Positions 29,077-38,659 of a stretch of 64,000 nt of DNA are shown here, one piece after another; positions within the stretch are counted from its first letter, which is position 1; each line of letters starts with the position of its first letter. Location: the NCBI GenBank assembly GCA_964573635.1, contig CAZNKG010000001.1:195672-259671 (forward strand), in the 5' to 3' direction. Made by a program: the position numbers and the translations under genes. This DNA comes from an uncultured Desulfatibacillum sp. Its GTDB lineage: Bacteria > Desulfobacterota > Desulfobacteria > Desulfobacterales > SpSt-501. The notes below the pieces were generated by a model. The model saw nothing but the letters and a program-made list of their open reading frames with translations. It did not search any database and was not told the DNA's origin.

Positions 29077-29924
29077 TCAATTTTCGGCGGTTTCGACCGT
29101 GCGTAGCCCAATTCTTTCGCTTTTCGTTTCGAGTGTTGTACGACCCGGTTCCGATAGCGCTCTTCCTAATGCTTCTTTCTGGCCCTCATCGACATCGGCG
29201 GTGCCGTGCTGCCACATGCGGCAAACCAGTCGAGCCCGTTTGCGAGCAGTCGCCGTTATGGCCTTGTCGGGGGCGTCCAGCCGGGATCGCTGGCGGCGGA
29301 AGCGGGCGCCCCGTGCGCTTTTGGATCGCAACAGGGTGAAGGCCGCCATCCGCAGGGCCGCGGCCGCACGGTTGGCCACCGGTTGGCCCTTGCCGCTGAG
29401 CAGTTTGCCACCGCTGGTCTTGGTGCCAGGGCAACGCCCCAACCACGAGGCAAAATGCTTGAGGCGACTTCCAACGGCGCATGCCGGCTCCGATCTCGGA
29501 GATGATCTTCATTGCACGGTTGGTATCGATGCCGTCGATGCGGGTCAAATCCACGCCGGTCATCCGCGGCAACGCCTCCTCCAGCTTAGCCGGCGAACCG
29601 CTGCCGGATCCATCGGCCGCATCGAAGTCGGCCGATTGATCCAGAATCTGCCGATCGCATTCGACGATTTGACTCTGATAGAGCTCGTGGAGTCCACAAC
29701 CTGCTTGAGGCTGGACAGATGCTCGCGGCGGAAGTTGCCCTGCGGCGAAGGCGCGATGGTCGACGCGTCGCGCTTGCAGCGCGGCTCCCGCAGGCGGGCC
29801 GACACCAGAGAATCGCGCTCGCCCGCCACAAAACGGCTTTATTGCCTGCCGCATGCGGGTTGATGAGCTGCAGCGGTTTGGGCAGCTTCATCTTCCCGGG
29901 TCTGGGGGGCTTGCGTGTACGCAT
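29077..29924 (-). mobile_element. IS110-family transposase remnant (5'-truncated, multiple frameshifts)
   Basis: Fragments in three minus-strand frames: ...LINPHAAGNKAV...; LYQSQIVECDRQILDQ...LTRIDGIDTNRAMKIISEIGAGMRRWKSPQAF; GGKLLSGKGQPVANRAAAALRMAA...AITATARKRARLVCRMWQHG. These match the IS110/IS116/IS902 C-terminal domain pattern. No intact ORF. Confidence 0.7.
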
Positions 29925-30136
29925 CGTTCCGGCCTCCGAAAGAGAATCGGCAGGACCGGACGTCGAGCTGCCGGCGACGGCTCTCTTCCAAACGGGATAG
30001 CAAACGCGTCACCAGTGGCAAAACCGCCAGCTCCCGGACCACGCTTGAAAACGCGCGCAACGCACCAGTGAACATTCGGCCTCCGCGTTCCGGCTGCCGA
30101 TTCCGGGGGTTCGCCAAGTTGCTTCCGGATAAACCT

Positions 30137-30152
30137 CCGCCCGCGGGCGGGG
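30137..30152. repeat. Second copy of the GC palindrome core ccgcccgcgggcgggg(t)
   Basis: Identical over 17 nt to 20860-20876 inside the 30-nt palindrome at 20852-20881. Confidence 0.7.
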
Positions 30153-30182
30153 TACCCCGCTTAAAATTCAACACGCCCGAAA

Positions 30183-30214
30183 AAGAACCCGGGGCCTTGC
30201 GGCCCCGGGTTCTT
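30183..30214 (-). terminator. Rho-independent terminator of the porin gene (bidirectional hairpin)
   Basis: aagaacccggggcc-ttgc-ggccccgggttctt forms a 14-bp stem. On the minus strand it is followed by TTTTT. It lies 49 nt downstream of the stop at 30263. Confidence 0.75.
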
Positions 30215-30262
30215 TTCGGGATCGGGAGAGTCGGGTGATGGCGCCTCAGCGCCGGCGGCGGA

Positions 30263-31345
30263 TCAGAAGTCGATCTGCCACTTCATGCCGGCGTACCACT
30301 CGTAGCCCTGGTCGGTGCCGACGTTGTTGTCCATGTAGTCGACGTAGCCGACTTCCGGCACCAGGTAGACGCCCGGGGCGAGGGTGATGGTGGCGTTGCC
30401 GTAGATCGACCACACCTCGTCCTCGTCGTCGGCCGCGTCGTTGTCGTCGCTGCGGTAGCCCGCGCCGACTTCAAAGGCGAGGTCCGAGGAGAACTTCAGG
30501 CCGACGACCAGCGCCGCCATCCAGCTCGTGCAGTCGTCGGTGTCGTCGGTGCCGCTCAGGACCGCGCCGGCGTTCGCGTTGCTGGTGAAGCCGAGGTCGT
30601 TCCAGCGCGCGTTCGTCCAGTTCTGACCCCAGGAGCCCGCGGCCTTGATGTAGAAGGCGCCGATGTTGACGCCGACGTCGGCGCCCAGGATGTAGGAGAT
30701 GACGTCGATGTCGTCGTCGATCGCGCCGCCGTTGTCCTCGACCGTGAAGATCTGGAACCCGCCCATGAGGTTGAAGCTGAACATCCCGAGGGGCATCCCG
30801 AACTTCGCCTCGATCTTGGGCAGCCACTCGTCGGTGTCGCCGCCGGCGAGCGTGTTCGTGCTGTTCGGCTGGATGAAGGCGACCTCGAACCCGCCGATCG
30901 TGAGGGCGAGCTGGCCCGGGCGGCGGGCGTAGGTCGTGCCGATGCCGAGCAGACCGAGATCCTCGAAGAAGGTCTGGGTCGAAATGAACTGCGAGGCCGG
31001 GGTGTAGTCCTTGCCGACCTTCAGGCTCATGTTGTCGGCGAACTTCCAGGTCCCGTAAATGAGACGGGTGGCGACGTTGCCGTCATGGGTGTTCGAGCTC
31101 GGAAGCGCGAGCTCGATGCGGCCGGAGACCTTGTCGGCCTTCACGCGCGCGCCCAGGCGGGAGTTCCCCTGGAAATCCCAGTACAGGTCGTCGTCGTCGT
31201 CCTTGTCGCCGGTGACGTTGAAATCGCCGCCGTCGCGGTGGTCCCAGAAGGTCGCCATACGGGCGCTGCCGTAGAAGGACCAGTCCGCGGCCATGGCCGG
31301 GCCGGCCAGGAGCAGGACCGCAAAAAGGGCAATCAGTTTCTTCAT
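30263..31345 (-). CDS. Outer-membrane beta-barrel porin
   Basis: Signal peptide MKKLIALFAVLLLAGPAMA. Alternating beta-strand pattern. C-terminal ...YAGMKWQIDF ends in Phe. GGAGG RBS favours the start at 31345. Confidence 0.75.
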   Translation of the reverse strand: MKKLIALFAVLLLAGPAMAADWSFYGSARMATFWDHRDGGDFNVTGDKDDDDDLYWDFQGNSRLGARVKADKVSGRIELALPSSNTHDGNVATRLIYGTWKFADNMSLKVGKDYTPASQFISTQTFFEDLGLLGIGTTYARRPGQLALTIGGFEVAFIQPNSTNTLAGGDTDEWLPKIEAKFGMPLGMFSFNLMGGFQIFTVEDNGGAIDDDIDVISYILGADVGVNIGAFYIKAAGSWGQNWTNARWNDLGFTSNANAGAVLSGTDDTDDCTSWMAALVVGLKFSSDLAFEVGAGYRSDDNDAADDEDEVWSIYGNATITLAPGVYLVPEVGYVDYMDNNVGTDQGYEWYAGMKWQIDF

Positions 31346-31618
31346 CTCGTTTTTCCTCCTCAACGCGCTAAAGATGGTTTTTGCCAAAGCCTAATAACTT
31401 CGTGCTGCTTGCCCGACTCTCCCTTGAAGCCTCCTTTCCCGGAGCGGGCTGGCTTGAGCGCCGCATCCAAGAGCCTAATAACTTGGAAACGGCGCAAGTC
31501 CAGATTTGGAAAATCATATTCCGGCGGCAAACCCCAAGTCAAGGATTTTTTTATCGTGTCGAGTTCTTGGGGATCGATCCTTCCCATCCCGCCTCACCCC
31601 GGGCCGGATGGCAGGGGG

Positions 31619-33391
31619 CTAGACGATCCGCCGGAAGCCGCGTTCGATCGCCGCCAGGTCGTAGCGAAGGAAGGTGGGCCGGCCGTGCGGGCAGTGGGCG
31701 CCGTTCTCGCAGGCGTCGAGCTGCCCGAGGAGCGCCTGCATCTCGGCGAAGGCTAGCGCCTGCCCCGCGCGGATCGCCCCGTGGCAGGCGGCGACCCGGC
31801 GCAGGCGGTCGACCGCCTCCCCCGGCGCCGGCTCCCCCCCCGCCAGGGCCGCCTCGGCGATCGCGGTGATGAGCTCGGCCGCGGGCCTGGCGGCGAGCAG
31901 CGCCGGAAGCGCCTTGACGACGACCGTGTTCCCGCCGAAGGGCTCGACCTCGATCCCCATCTCCGCAAGCCGCGGGAGCATCTCGGCGATCGCCCGGGCT
32001 TCGCGGGCGCCGAGCTCGACGGTCTCGGGCACGAGGAGCGGCTGGACGGCGCCGGCGCCGCCGCGGGAAAGCTGCTCGTAGATCACCCGCTCGTGGGCCG
32101 CGTGCTGGTCGATCATGAGAAGCCCGTCGGCATCCTCGCAGACGATATAGGTCGCGTGCAGCTGCCCGATGAGCCGCAGGCCGGAAAAGCCCGGGCCGGC
32201 GCCGCGGGCGGGGGGGGCGCCGGGAAGTGCGGCCGGCTCCCCGCCGAAACGCACCCGGGGCAGCGGCAGCGCCGCCTGCAGCCGCCCGCCGCCGAAGGCT
32301 TCGCCGCGGCCGGGGGGCGGCCGCCAGGCCGCGGGCGCTTCCGCGACCCGCGGGAAAGCCCCCGGCGCCGGGCTTCCCGCGGCCGGCCGCCAGTCGGGGC
32401 GGTCGATGTCGTAGAGGGTCTGGGCGGCGGCGCGGCGGACCGCCGCGTGCACCGCCTCCGGCCGGGCGAAGCGCACCTCGGCCTTCGCGGGATGGACGTT
32501 CACGTCCACCTGGTCGCAGGGAAGCTCGACGAAGAGCACGGCGATCGGGAACTGGCCCTTGACGAGCCGCTCGGCGTAGGCCGTGAAGAGCGCGTTCTGG
32601 ACCATGCGGTCGCGGACCGGGCGGCCGTTCACGTAGAGATGGATCGCCCCCGAGGTGCGGCGGCTGACGCGCGGGCTGGCGATCCAGCCGGAGACCGCCA
32701 CGCCTTCCGCGGCGCAGCGGACCGGGTGGAGCTCCGGCCTAAGGGCGCCACCCAGGACGTCGACCACGCGCTCGAAGGGGTCGGCGGCCGCCGGCCAGTT
32801 GCGCGCCGCCTTCCCGTTGTGGGCGAGCCGGAAGTGGACCTGCGGCCGGCCGAGGGCGATCGCGGCGACGGCGTCGCTGATATGGGCCATCTCGGTGGCG
32901 GCGGACTTCAAAAACTTGCGCCGCGCGGGGGTGTTGAAGAAGAGCTCCGCGACCGTCACCATGGTGCCGACCGGGGCCCCGCGCTCGGCGATCCGCTCGA
33001 GCCGCCCCCCCGCGACGGTCACCTCCACCCCGGCCGCGGAGCCCGCGTCGCGGGTGAGGAGCGTAAAGCGCGACACCGAGGCGATGCTCGGCAGCGCCTC
33101 CCCGCGGAAGCCCAAGGTCGCGATCCGGAAGAGATCCTCGTCGGAGGCGACCTTGCTCGTCGCGTGGCGCTCGATCGCCAGCCGCGCGTCGTCCGGCCCC
33201 ATGCCGCAGCCGTCGTCGGCCACCCGGATCAGCCCGAAGCCGCCCTGCTCGACGTCGATCAGGATCCGGCGCGCGCCGGCGTCGAGCGCGTTTTCGACGA
33301 GCTCCTTCACCACCGAGGCCGGGCGCTCCACCACCTCGCCGGCGGCGATGCGGTTCGTGAGGGCCTCGGGGAGGATGCGGATCGTGGGCAT
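31619..33391 (-). CDS. mutL: DNA mismatch repair protein MutL
   Basis: MPTIRILPEALTNRIAAGEVVERPASVVKELVENALDAGA (GHKL ATPase N-terminus). C-terminal dimerisation/endonuclease region. Confidence 0.95.
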   Translation of the reverse strand: MPTIRILPEALTNRIAAGEVVERPASVVKELVENALDAGARRILIDVEQGGFGLIRVADDGCGMGPDDARLAIERHATSKVASDEDLFRIATLGFRGEALPSIASVSRFTLLTRDAGSAAGVEVTVAGGRLERIAERGAPVGTMVTVAELFFNTPARRKFLKSAATEMAHISDAVAAIALGRPQVHFRLAHNGKAARNWPAAADPFERVVDVLGGALRPELHPVRCAAEGVAVSGWIASPRVSRRTSGAIHLYVNGRPVRDRMVQNALFTAYAERLVKGQFPIAVLFVELPCDQVDVNVHPAKAEVRFARPEAVHAAVRRAAAQTLYDIDRPDWRPAAGSPAPGAFPRVAEAPAAWRPPPGRGEAFGGGRLQAALPLPRVRFGGEPAALPGAPPARGAGPGFSGLRLIGQLHATYIVCEDADGLLMIDQHAAHERVIYEQLSRGGAGAVQPLLVPETVELGAREARAIAEMLPRLAEMGIEVEPFGGNTVVVKALPALLAARPAAELITAIAEAALAGGEPAPGEAVDRLRRVAACHGAIRAGQALAFAEMQALLGQLDACENGAHCPHGRPTFLRYDLAAIERGFRRIV

Positions 33392-33416
33392 GGCGGTCGA
33401 TGGTCGGGGTGGCGAG

Positions 33417-33629
33417 TCAGCGAGTCGGCGAATCCGGCAGCGGGGCCCCGAGGGGGCGGCCTTTGAAGAACTTGAGGAGGAACTCGCCGTCCGCGGGCGA
33501 CAGGTCGAAGCGCAGGCTCGCCTCCTCGACGAGCTTCGCGAGCCTCGCCTCCGGCCGGCCCGCGCGCTCCTCCGAGATCCACTGGACCGCTTTGCGCAGC
33601 TCTTCGCCCGGGGGAAGGATGGTGGTCAT
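33417..33629 (-). CDS. Small hypothetical protein (70 aa) between gatA and mutL
   Basis: ATG at 33629 lies 11 nt after the gatA stop and has an AGGAAG RBS. Balanced composition (MTTILPPGEELRKAVQWISEERAGRPEARLAKLVEEASLRFDLSPADGEFLLKFF). Hidden in the tail of a 396-aa artefact ORF. Confidence 0.5.
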   Translation of the reverse strand: MTTILPPGEELRKAVQWISEERAGRPEARLAKLVEEASLRFDLSPADGEFLLKFFKGRPLGAPLPDSPTR

Positions 33630-33640
33630 GGCCGCTTCCT

Positions 33641-35101
33641 TTATAATGGGGGGGGTCTCAGGTGGTGCTCCGTCGCGCGCTCGAAGGCGCCCCCCGCCCG
33701 GATGAGGGACTCCTCGTCGAAGGGGCGGCCCATGAGCTGCAGCCCGATCGGAAGCCCCGCGGAGGAGAAGCCGCAGGGGACCGACATCGCCGGAATCCCC
33801 GCGAGGTTCGCCGCAATGGTGAAGATGTCCGAGAGGTACATCGTGAGCGGATCGTCCGCCTTTTCGCCGATCTTGAAGGCCGGGGTGGGCGCAACCGGGC
33901 AGGCGATGAGATCGCAGGCCTCGAAGGCGCGCCGGAAGTCCTCGACGATCAGCGTCCGCACCTGGGAGGCCTTTCCGTAGTAGGCGTCGTAGTAGCCGGC
34001 CGACAGGCAGTAGGTGCCGATGATGATCCGCCGCCGGACCTCGGCCCCGAACCCGGCCGAGCGCGTGGCGCGGTAGGTTTGCAGCAGGTCGCCCGCGCCG
34101 TCGCGGCGCAGGCCGTACTTCACCCCGTCGTAGCGCGCGAGGTTCGAGCTCGCCTCGGCGGGGGCGATCACGTAGTAGACGGCGACGGCGTAGCGCGTGT
34201 GCGGGAGCGACACCGGGACGCGCCGCGCCCCGAGCGCCTCCAGGGTCGCGACCGCCGCTTCCACGGCCGCGGCCACCTCCGGGTCGAGCCCCTCGGAGGC
34301 GGCGTACTCCCGCGGGATGCCGATCCGCAGCCCCGCGACCCCCCCGGCGAGCGCCGCCCGGTAGTCCGGGACCGGCCGCGGCACGGAGGTCGAGTCCGCC
34401 GGGTCGTGGCCGGCGATCGCCTGCAGGATCGCGGCCGCGTCGCCGACGCTGCGGGCCAGCGGACCGATCTGGTCGAGCGAGGAGGCGAAGGCGACCAGCC
34501 CGAAGCGCGACACGCGGCCGTAGGTGGGCTTCAGCCCCACGACCCCGCAGTGCGAGGCGGGCTGGCGGATCGAGCCCCCGGTGTCGGAGCCGAGCGCCCC
34601 CAGGCACATGCGCGCGGCGACGGCGGCCGCCGACCCGCCGCTCGAGCCGCCCGGGATCCGCTCGAGGTCCCAGGGGTTGCGCGTCGTCCGGAAGCCGGAA
34701 TTCTCGGTCGATGAGCCCATGGCGAACTCGTCCATGTTGAGCTTACCGAGCAGCACGGCGCCCTGCGCCTTGAGCCGCCGGATCACCTCGGCGTCGTAGG
34801 GCGGGACGAACCCCTCGAGGATCCGCGAGGCGCAGGTCGTGGGCACCCCCCGGGTGCAGATGACGTCCTTCACCGCGAGCGGGATCCCGGCGAGCGGCGC
34901 GGAGCGGCCGGCGGCAAGCTCCCGGTCGACGGCCTCGGCCTGCGCGAGCGCCGCCTCCTCCCGCAGGGCGAGAAAGGCCCCGACCTTCCCTTCCACCGCG
35001 GCGATCCGTTCGAGGACCGACCGCGTGAGCTCGTGGCAGGAGATCTCCCGCTGGTCGAGAAGCCGGCGGGCTTCGGCGATGCTCAACGCGTAGAGCTCCA
35101 C
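33641..35101 (-). CDS. gatA: Glu-tRNA(Gln) amidotransferase subunit A
   Basis: Amidase signature ([13 protein letters not shown]). N-terminus [29 protein letters not shown] start at 35101, 4 nt after the gatC stop. The upstream 44 codons are Arg/Pro-rich artefact. Confidence 0.9.
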   Translation of the reverse strand: MELYALSIAEARRLLDQREISCHELTRSVLERIAAVEGKVGAFLALREEAALAQAEAVDRELAAGRSAPLAGIPLAVKDVICTRGVPTTCASRILEGFVPPYDAEVIRRLKAQGAVLLGKLNMDEFAMGSSTENSGFRTTRNPWDLERIPGGSSGGSAAAVAARMCLGALGSDTGGSIRQPASHCGVVGLKPTYGRVSRFGLVAFASSLDQIGPLARSVGDAAAILQAIAGHDPADSTSVPRPVPDYRAALAGGVAGLRIGIPREYAASEGLDPEVAAAVEAAVATLEALGARRVPVSLPHTRYAVAVYYVIAPAEASSNLARYDGVKYGLRRDGAGDLLQTYRATRSAGFGAEVRRRIIIGTYCLSAGYYDAYYGKASQVRTLIVEDFRRAFEACDLIACPVAPTPAFKIGEKADDPLTMYLSDIFTIAANLAGIPAMSVPCGFSSAGLPIGLQLMGRPFDEESLIRAGGAFERATEHHLRPPPL

Positions 35102-35105
35102 GGCC

Positions 35106-35393
35106 TCACCCCACCACCTTGGGAACGACGAAATGCTCCGCATCCTTTTCGGGGGCGTTCGCGAGGGCCGCCTCGCGCGGGAGGTGCGGGCGCTCCTCGT
35201 CCTCGCGGAAGGCGTTGGCGGCCGCGGTCGCATGCGCCGTCGGCGCGACCCCGGAGGTCTCCACCTGCTTGAGCTGGTCGACGTAGTCGAGGATTTCGCC
35301 GATCTGCGCGGCGAACCGCTCCACCTCCGCCGCGGTGAGCTCGAGCCGCGCCAGGTGCGCGACGTGCGCGATCTGCTCCTTCGTGATCCGCAT
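35106..35393 (-). CDS. gatC: Asp/Glu-tRNA amidotransferase subunit C
   Basis: 95 aa. [41 protein letters not shown] is canonical GatC. Confidence 0.9.
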   Translation of the reverse strand: MRITKEQIAHVAHLARLELTAAEVERFAAQIGEILDYVDQLKQVETSGVAPTAHATAAANAFREDEERPHLPREAALANAPEKDAEHFVVPKVVG

Positions 35394-35407
35394 GACCCGA
35401 TCTTCCT

Positions 35408-36088
35408 CTATTTCGGCACCACCATGGGCGCAAACCCGTCTTTCTGCAGCCGCTCGAGCGTCCCGCGGGCGAACTCCTTCGAGGGGAACTCGCCCATGCG
35501 CACGCGGAACAGCCGCCCCTTGTCCGGAGTCGCGACGGCCTCGAGATAGCCGGCGTAGCCCTTCTCGCGCAGCCGCTCGAGCAGCCGCCGAGCCTCCTCC
35601 TCGCTTCTGACCGCCGACACCTGGACGGTGAAGCTGCCCCCCGGCGGGGCGGCGGCCGGGGCGGGCGGCTTGTCGGGCTTGGCCGCCGGCGGCGGCGGGG
35701 CGGCGGGCTTGGCCGCCGGCGCCTCCGAACGGGCCGCCGCGGCGGGCGGAGCCGGCGGGGCCCAGCCTTCCGCATCGTCCCGGTTTTTCGGCAGCACCTC
35801 GGGGAAATCGAGGCTCGTCTGGTTTTTCATCTGCGCCGGCTTGTCCGCGGCCTTCCCCGGCCGGGGCCCGTTTTCGGCCGCCGCGAGCCCGTCGATCCTC
35901 TTTTTCAGCCGGTCGAGATCGAACTCGATCGGGGCGGTCCCCCGCCCGACGAGCAGCCCCAGGCTGAACATGCCGGCGGCGATGAGGAAGACCAGCACCG
36001 CCCAGCCGAAAACGGCCCGGCCCGCGCCCTTGCCGGAAAGCTGCGGGGTGCTCTGCGCCATAACGTTCGACTCTACAGGCGCACCCAT
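35408..36088 (-). CDS. SPOR-domain (peptidoglycan-binding) membrane protein
   Basis: N-terminal TM (VFGWAVLVFLIAAGMFSLGLLV), Pro/Ala linker, and a C-terminal SPOR pattern (FTVQVSAVRSEEEARRLLERLREKGYAGYLE...FRVRMGEFPSKEFA). Start is 36088 or 36061. Confidence 0.8.
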   Translation of the reverse strand: MGAPVESNVMAQSTPQLSGKGAGRAVFGWAVLVFLIAAGMFSLGLLVGRGTAPIEFDLDRLKKRIDGLAAAENGPRPGKAADKPAQMKNQTSLDFPEVLPKNRDDAEGWAPPAPPAAAARSEAPAAKPAAPPPPAAKPDKPPAPAAAPPGGSFTVQVSAVRSEEEARRLLERLREKGYAGYLEAVATPDKGRLFRVRMGEFPSKEFARGTLERLQKDGFAPMVVPK

Positions 36089-36143
36089 TTCAAGTCAAGC
36101 CGGGGCTCGCGGCCGAAACAGGCGCCGCTCCCCGGCGCGGGCC

Positions 36144-36172
36144 TTGACAACCGCTCCCGTTTGGCCTAGAAG
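36144..36172 (+). promoter_or_regulatory. Candidate sigma-70 promoter (TTGACA-17-TAGAAG)
   Basis: ccTTGACAaccgctcccgtttggccTAGAAG. It resembles the promoter in front of the plus-strand B12 riboswitch (ccTTGACTccgccggccgtttggcaTATACC), sharing ccTTGAC and cgtttggc. Confidence 0.4.
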
Positions 36173-36235
36173 GGCAGTCAACCGCGGGTCGAAGCCCGCA
36201 GCCGGTTCCACGACGCTACGACCATCCTTGCAACC

Positions 36236-36290
36236 AGCCACGAAGGCTTGGCGCGCCGGGCGCGCTTAAAGCCGCGTGGCTTTTTTATTT
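36236..36290 (+). terminator. Leader intrinsic terminator upstream of the DUF4198 gene (attenuator/expression platform)
   Basis: AGCCACG-aa-GGCTT-g-GCGCGC-cgg-GCGCGC-tta-AAGCC-g-CGTGGCT followed by TTTTTTATTT. The T-run exists only in plus orientation. No upstream plus-strand gene needs terminating. Confidence 0.6.
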
Positions 36291-36315
36291 CCAAACCATG
36301 ACCAAGGAGACGACC

Positions 36316-37095
36316 ATGAAGATGAAGACGAGGTGGCTTTGGACGACGGCATTGGTGCTTGGCTGGTGCGGCGCTGCGTGGGCGCATTTCGGAATGCTGA
36401 TCCCCTCCAAGGCGAGCATTTCCAAGGCGGACCCCAAGACGATCGAGCTCGCCCTCTCTTTTTCGCACCCCTTCGAAATGGTCGGCATGGAGATGGCGAA
36501 GCCCAAGGCCTTCGGCGTGGTCGCCGGCGGCGCGAAGGAGGACCTCGGCGCGGCGTTGAAGCCCGCCCAGGTGATGGGCAAGCCCGCCTGGACGGCGTCC
36601 TACGCCTTCAAGAAGCCCGGGGTCTACATTTTCCAGATGGAGCCGGAGCCCTACTGGGAGCCGGCCGAGGACGCCTTCATCATCCACTACACCAAGGTGG
36701 TCGTGCCGGCCTTCGGCGAGGAGGAGGGCTGGGACGGCGAGGTCGGCCACAAGATCGAGATCGTCCCCCTCGCCCGGCCCTTCGGGCTCTATGCCGGAAA
36801 CCTCTTCCAGGGGATCGTCAAGGTGGGCGGCAAGCCGCTGCCCTACGCCGAGGTCGAGATCGAGTACTACAACCAGGAGGAGAAGGCCCAAGCCCCGACC
36901 GAGTACATGGTCACCCAGACCGTCAAGGCCGACCGCAACGGGGTCTTCAGCTACGCCGCGCCGCGGTCGGGCTGGTGGGGTTTTGCGGCGCTCACCACCG
37001 CCGACTTCAAGCTCAAGAAGGACGGCAAGGACAAGGCGGTCGAAATCGGCGGCGTGATCTGGGTCTACTTCCATGACTGGCAGGCGAAGAAGTAA
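36316..37095 (+). CDS. DUF4198-type periplasmic Ni/Co uptake component (NikK/CbiK-COG5266-like)
   Basis: Signal peptide MKMKTRWLWTTALVLGWCGAAWA followed by HFGMLIP (the N-terminal His after cleavage is typical of this family). AAGGAG RBS favours 36316 over 36298. Confidence 0.7.
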   Translation: MKMKTRWLWTTALVLGWCGAAWAHFGMLIPSKASISKADPKTIELALSFSHPFEMVGMEMAKPKAFGVVAGGAKEDLGAALKPAQVMGKPAWTASYAFKKPGVYIFQMEPEPYWEPAEDAFIIHYTKVVVPAFGEEEGWDGEVGHKIEIVPLARPFGLYAGNLFQGIVKVGGKPLPYAEVEIEYYNQEEKAQAPTEYMVTQTVKADRNGVFSYAAPRSGWWGFAALTTADFKLKKDGKDKAVEIGGVIWVYFHDWQAKK

Positions 37096-37135
37096 CCGCA
37101 CCGCACCGCTTTCCTTGAAGGAACGGAGAGAGACG

Positions 37136-38482
37136 ATGAAACGCTTCTGGATCACGATCGCCGCGGCGGCCGCCCTGCTCGCGGCCGCCGACCCGGCCCC
37201 GGCCGACAACGCCGCCATCCTGAAGGAGATCGAGGCGCTCAAGGAGCGCATCGCCGAGCTCGAGCAGCGGCTGGAGGAGCAGGAGGCGGCCGCGAAAAAG
37301 CAGGCCGCGAAGAGCGAAAAAGAGACGGACGAAAAGATCGGCGCGGCGCTCGAGGAGCGCTTCGGGACGCTCGCGGTCCACGGCGGGGCGGTCCTCTACG
37401 TGCAGGAGAGCCGCGCCGGCAAGCTGAACGGCGGCAGCGGGGACGACCCCGGGGGGGCCGGCTTCGCCGCCGACCTCGAATTCACCTGGAAGCCGGCGCT
37501 GCCGGTCGTGGAGGACGGGGAGTTCTTCGTCCGCGTCCATGCCGGCAACGGCACGGGCGCCGACCGCGGCGGCCGCGGACGGGCGCCGGCCGATCTCCTG
37601 CTCGCCAACCTGAACACCATCGCCGACGACAACTCCGACGAAGAGAGCGACTCCGGCATCCGTCTGCTCGAGGCGCACTACACCCACCCGTTTCTCGACG
37701 GGCGCCTCAGCGTGACCGCCGGCAAGGCCGAACCGCTCGCCTTCCTGGACGACAACGCCTTCGCGAACGACGAGGTGCGCCAGTTCGTGGGCAAGCCCTT
37801 CGTGAACAACAGCGTGCTCGACGGCGAAAACGAGTACACGCCCCTTCTCGGCGTCAAGTTCCAGCCGACCGAGCTCGTCGCGCTTGCGCTCGTCGGGGCC
37901 TCCACCTCGCGGCCGCTCGTCGAGGACAGCCCGCTTGACGGGGACTCCAAGAGCAAGTACGACAACCTCTTCAGCACCCCCTTTCTGGGCGGCCAGGTCG
38001 CGCTCATGCCGAAGTTCGGCGAGCGCCAGGGGAACTACCGGCTCTACGGCTGGACCGCCTCCTACGACCACGCCGAGCTCGACCGCCGCCGCGACTACCG
38101 CGCCGACGGCCAAGGCAAGGGCTGGGGCCTCGGCCTGAGCGCCGACCAGGAGATCGCCGAGGGAATCGGCCTCTTCGGCCGCGCCGCCTGGAACAACGAG
38201 GAGGTCTATATCGTGAAATACGAGCTCTCCGGCGGGGTGAATCTGAAGGGGCTTCTCCCGGACCGCGAGGATGACGAGATCGGCCTCGGCCTGGCGGCGC
38301 TCTTCCCCGACAGCCGCTACCAGGCGGACGACCCGGAAATCCATCTTGAGCTCTACTACCGGATCGCCGTGACCGAGAACTTCGCGATCACCCCGGACCT
38401 GCAGATCGTCTGGAACCCGGGCGGCGACCGGGACAACGGCGAGGTGGCGGCGGGCATGCTGCGCGGGGAGTTCAGCTTTTAG
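37136..38482 (+). CDS. Outer-membrane porin with N-terminal coiled coil (OprB-like)
   Basis: Signal peptide MKRFWITIAAAAALLAAADPAPA. Coiled coil ILKEIEALKERIAELEQRLEEQEAAAKK. Beta-barrel-like remainder ending ...GMLRGEFSF. Confidence 0.65.
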   Translation: MKRFWITIAAAAALLAAADPAPADNAAILKEIEALKERIAELEQRLEEQEAAAKKQAAKSEKETDEKIGAALEERFGTLAVHGGAVLYVQESRAGKLNGGSGDDPGGAGFAADLEFTWKPALPVVEDGEFFVRVHAGNGTGADRGGRGRAPADLLLANLNTIADDNSDEESDSGIRLLEAHYTHPFLDGRLSVTAGKAEPLAFLDDNAFANDEVRQFVGKPFVNNSVLDGENEYTPLLGVKFQPTELVALALVGASTSRPLVEDSPLDGDSKSKYDNLFSTPFLGGQVALMPKFGERQGNYRLYGWTASYDHAELDRRRDYRADGQGKGWGLGLSADQEIAEGIGLFGRAAWNNEEVYIVKYELSGGVNLKGLLPDREDDEIGLGLAALFPDSRYQADDPEIHLELYYRIAVTENFAITPDLQIVWNPGGDRDNGEVAAGMLRGEFSF

Positions 38483-38659
38483 CGGGCGCTGCCAAACCCG
38501 CATCCGGCCGCCGGCCGAGGTGCGCGGCGATTATGGCGGCGCGGCGATGCCGGCCGGCGCGCTTTGATCCGGCGGCGGTTGCGGAAAGCGGCGCGCTGCG
38601 TTAGGTTGGGGCGGGCCGGCGGCCGGACGCGCCGCCGCCGACATCGAAAGACTGGAGCC

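Noticed and set aside
29099-29863. 254-aa plus-strand ORF across the transposase remnant
   Set aside because: It is antisense to recognisable IS110-type peptide fragments and has no motifs of its own.
38483-38659. Possible cobalamin riboswitch or terminator between the porin gene and cbiM
   Set aside because: I looked for GGGAA, GCCACTG and B12-box motifs and for a hairpin plus T-run, and found none. It is treated as a plain intergenic spacer within the operon.
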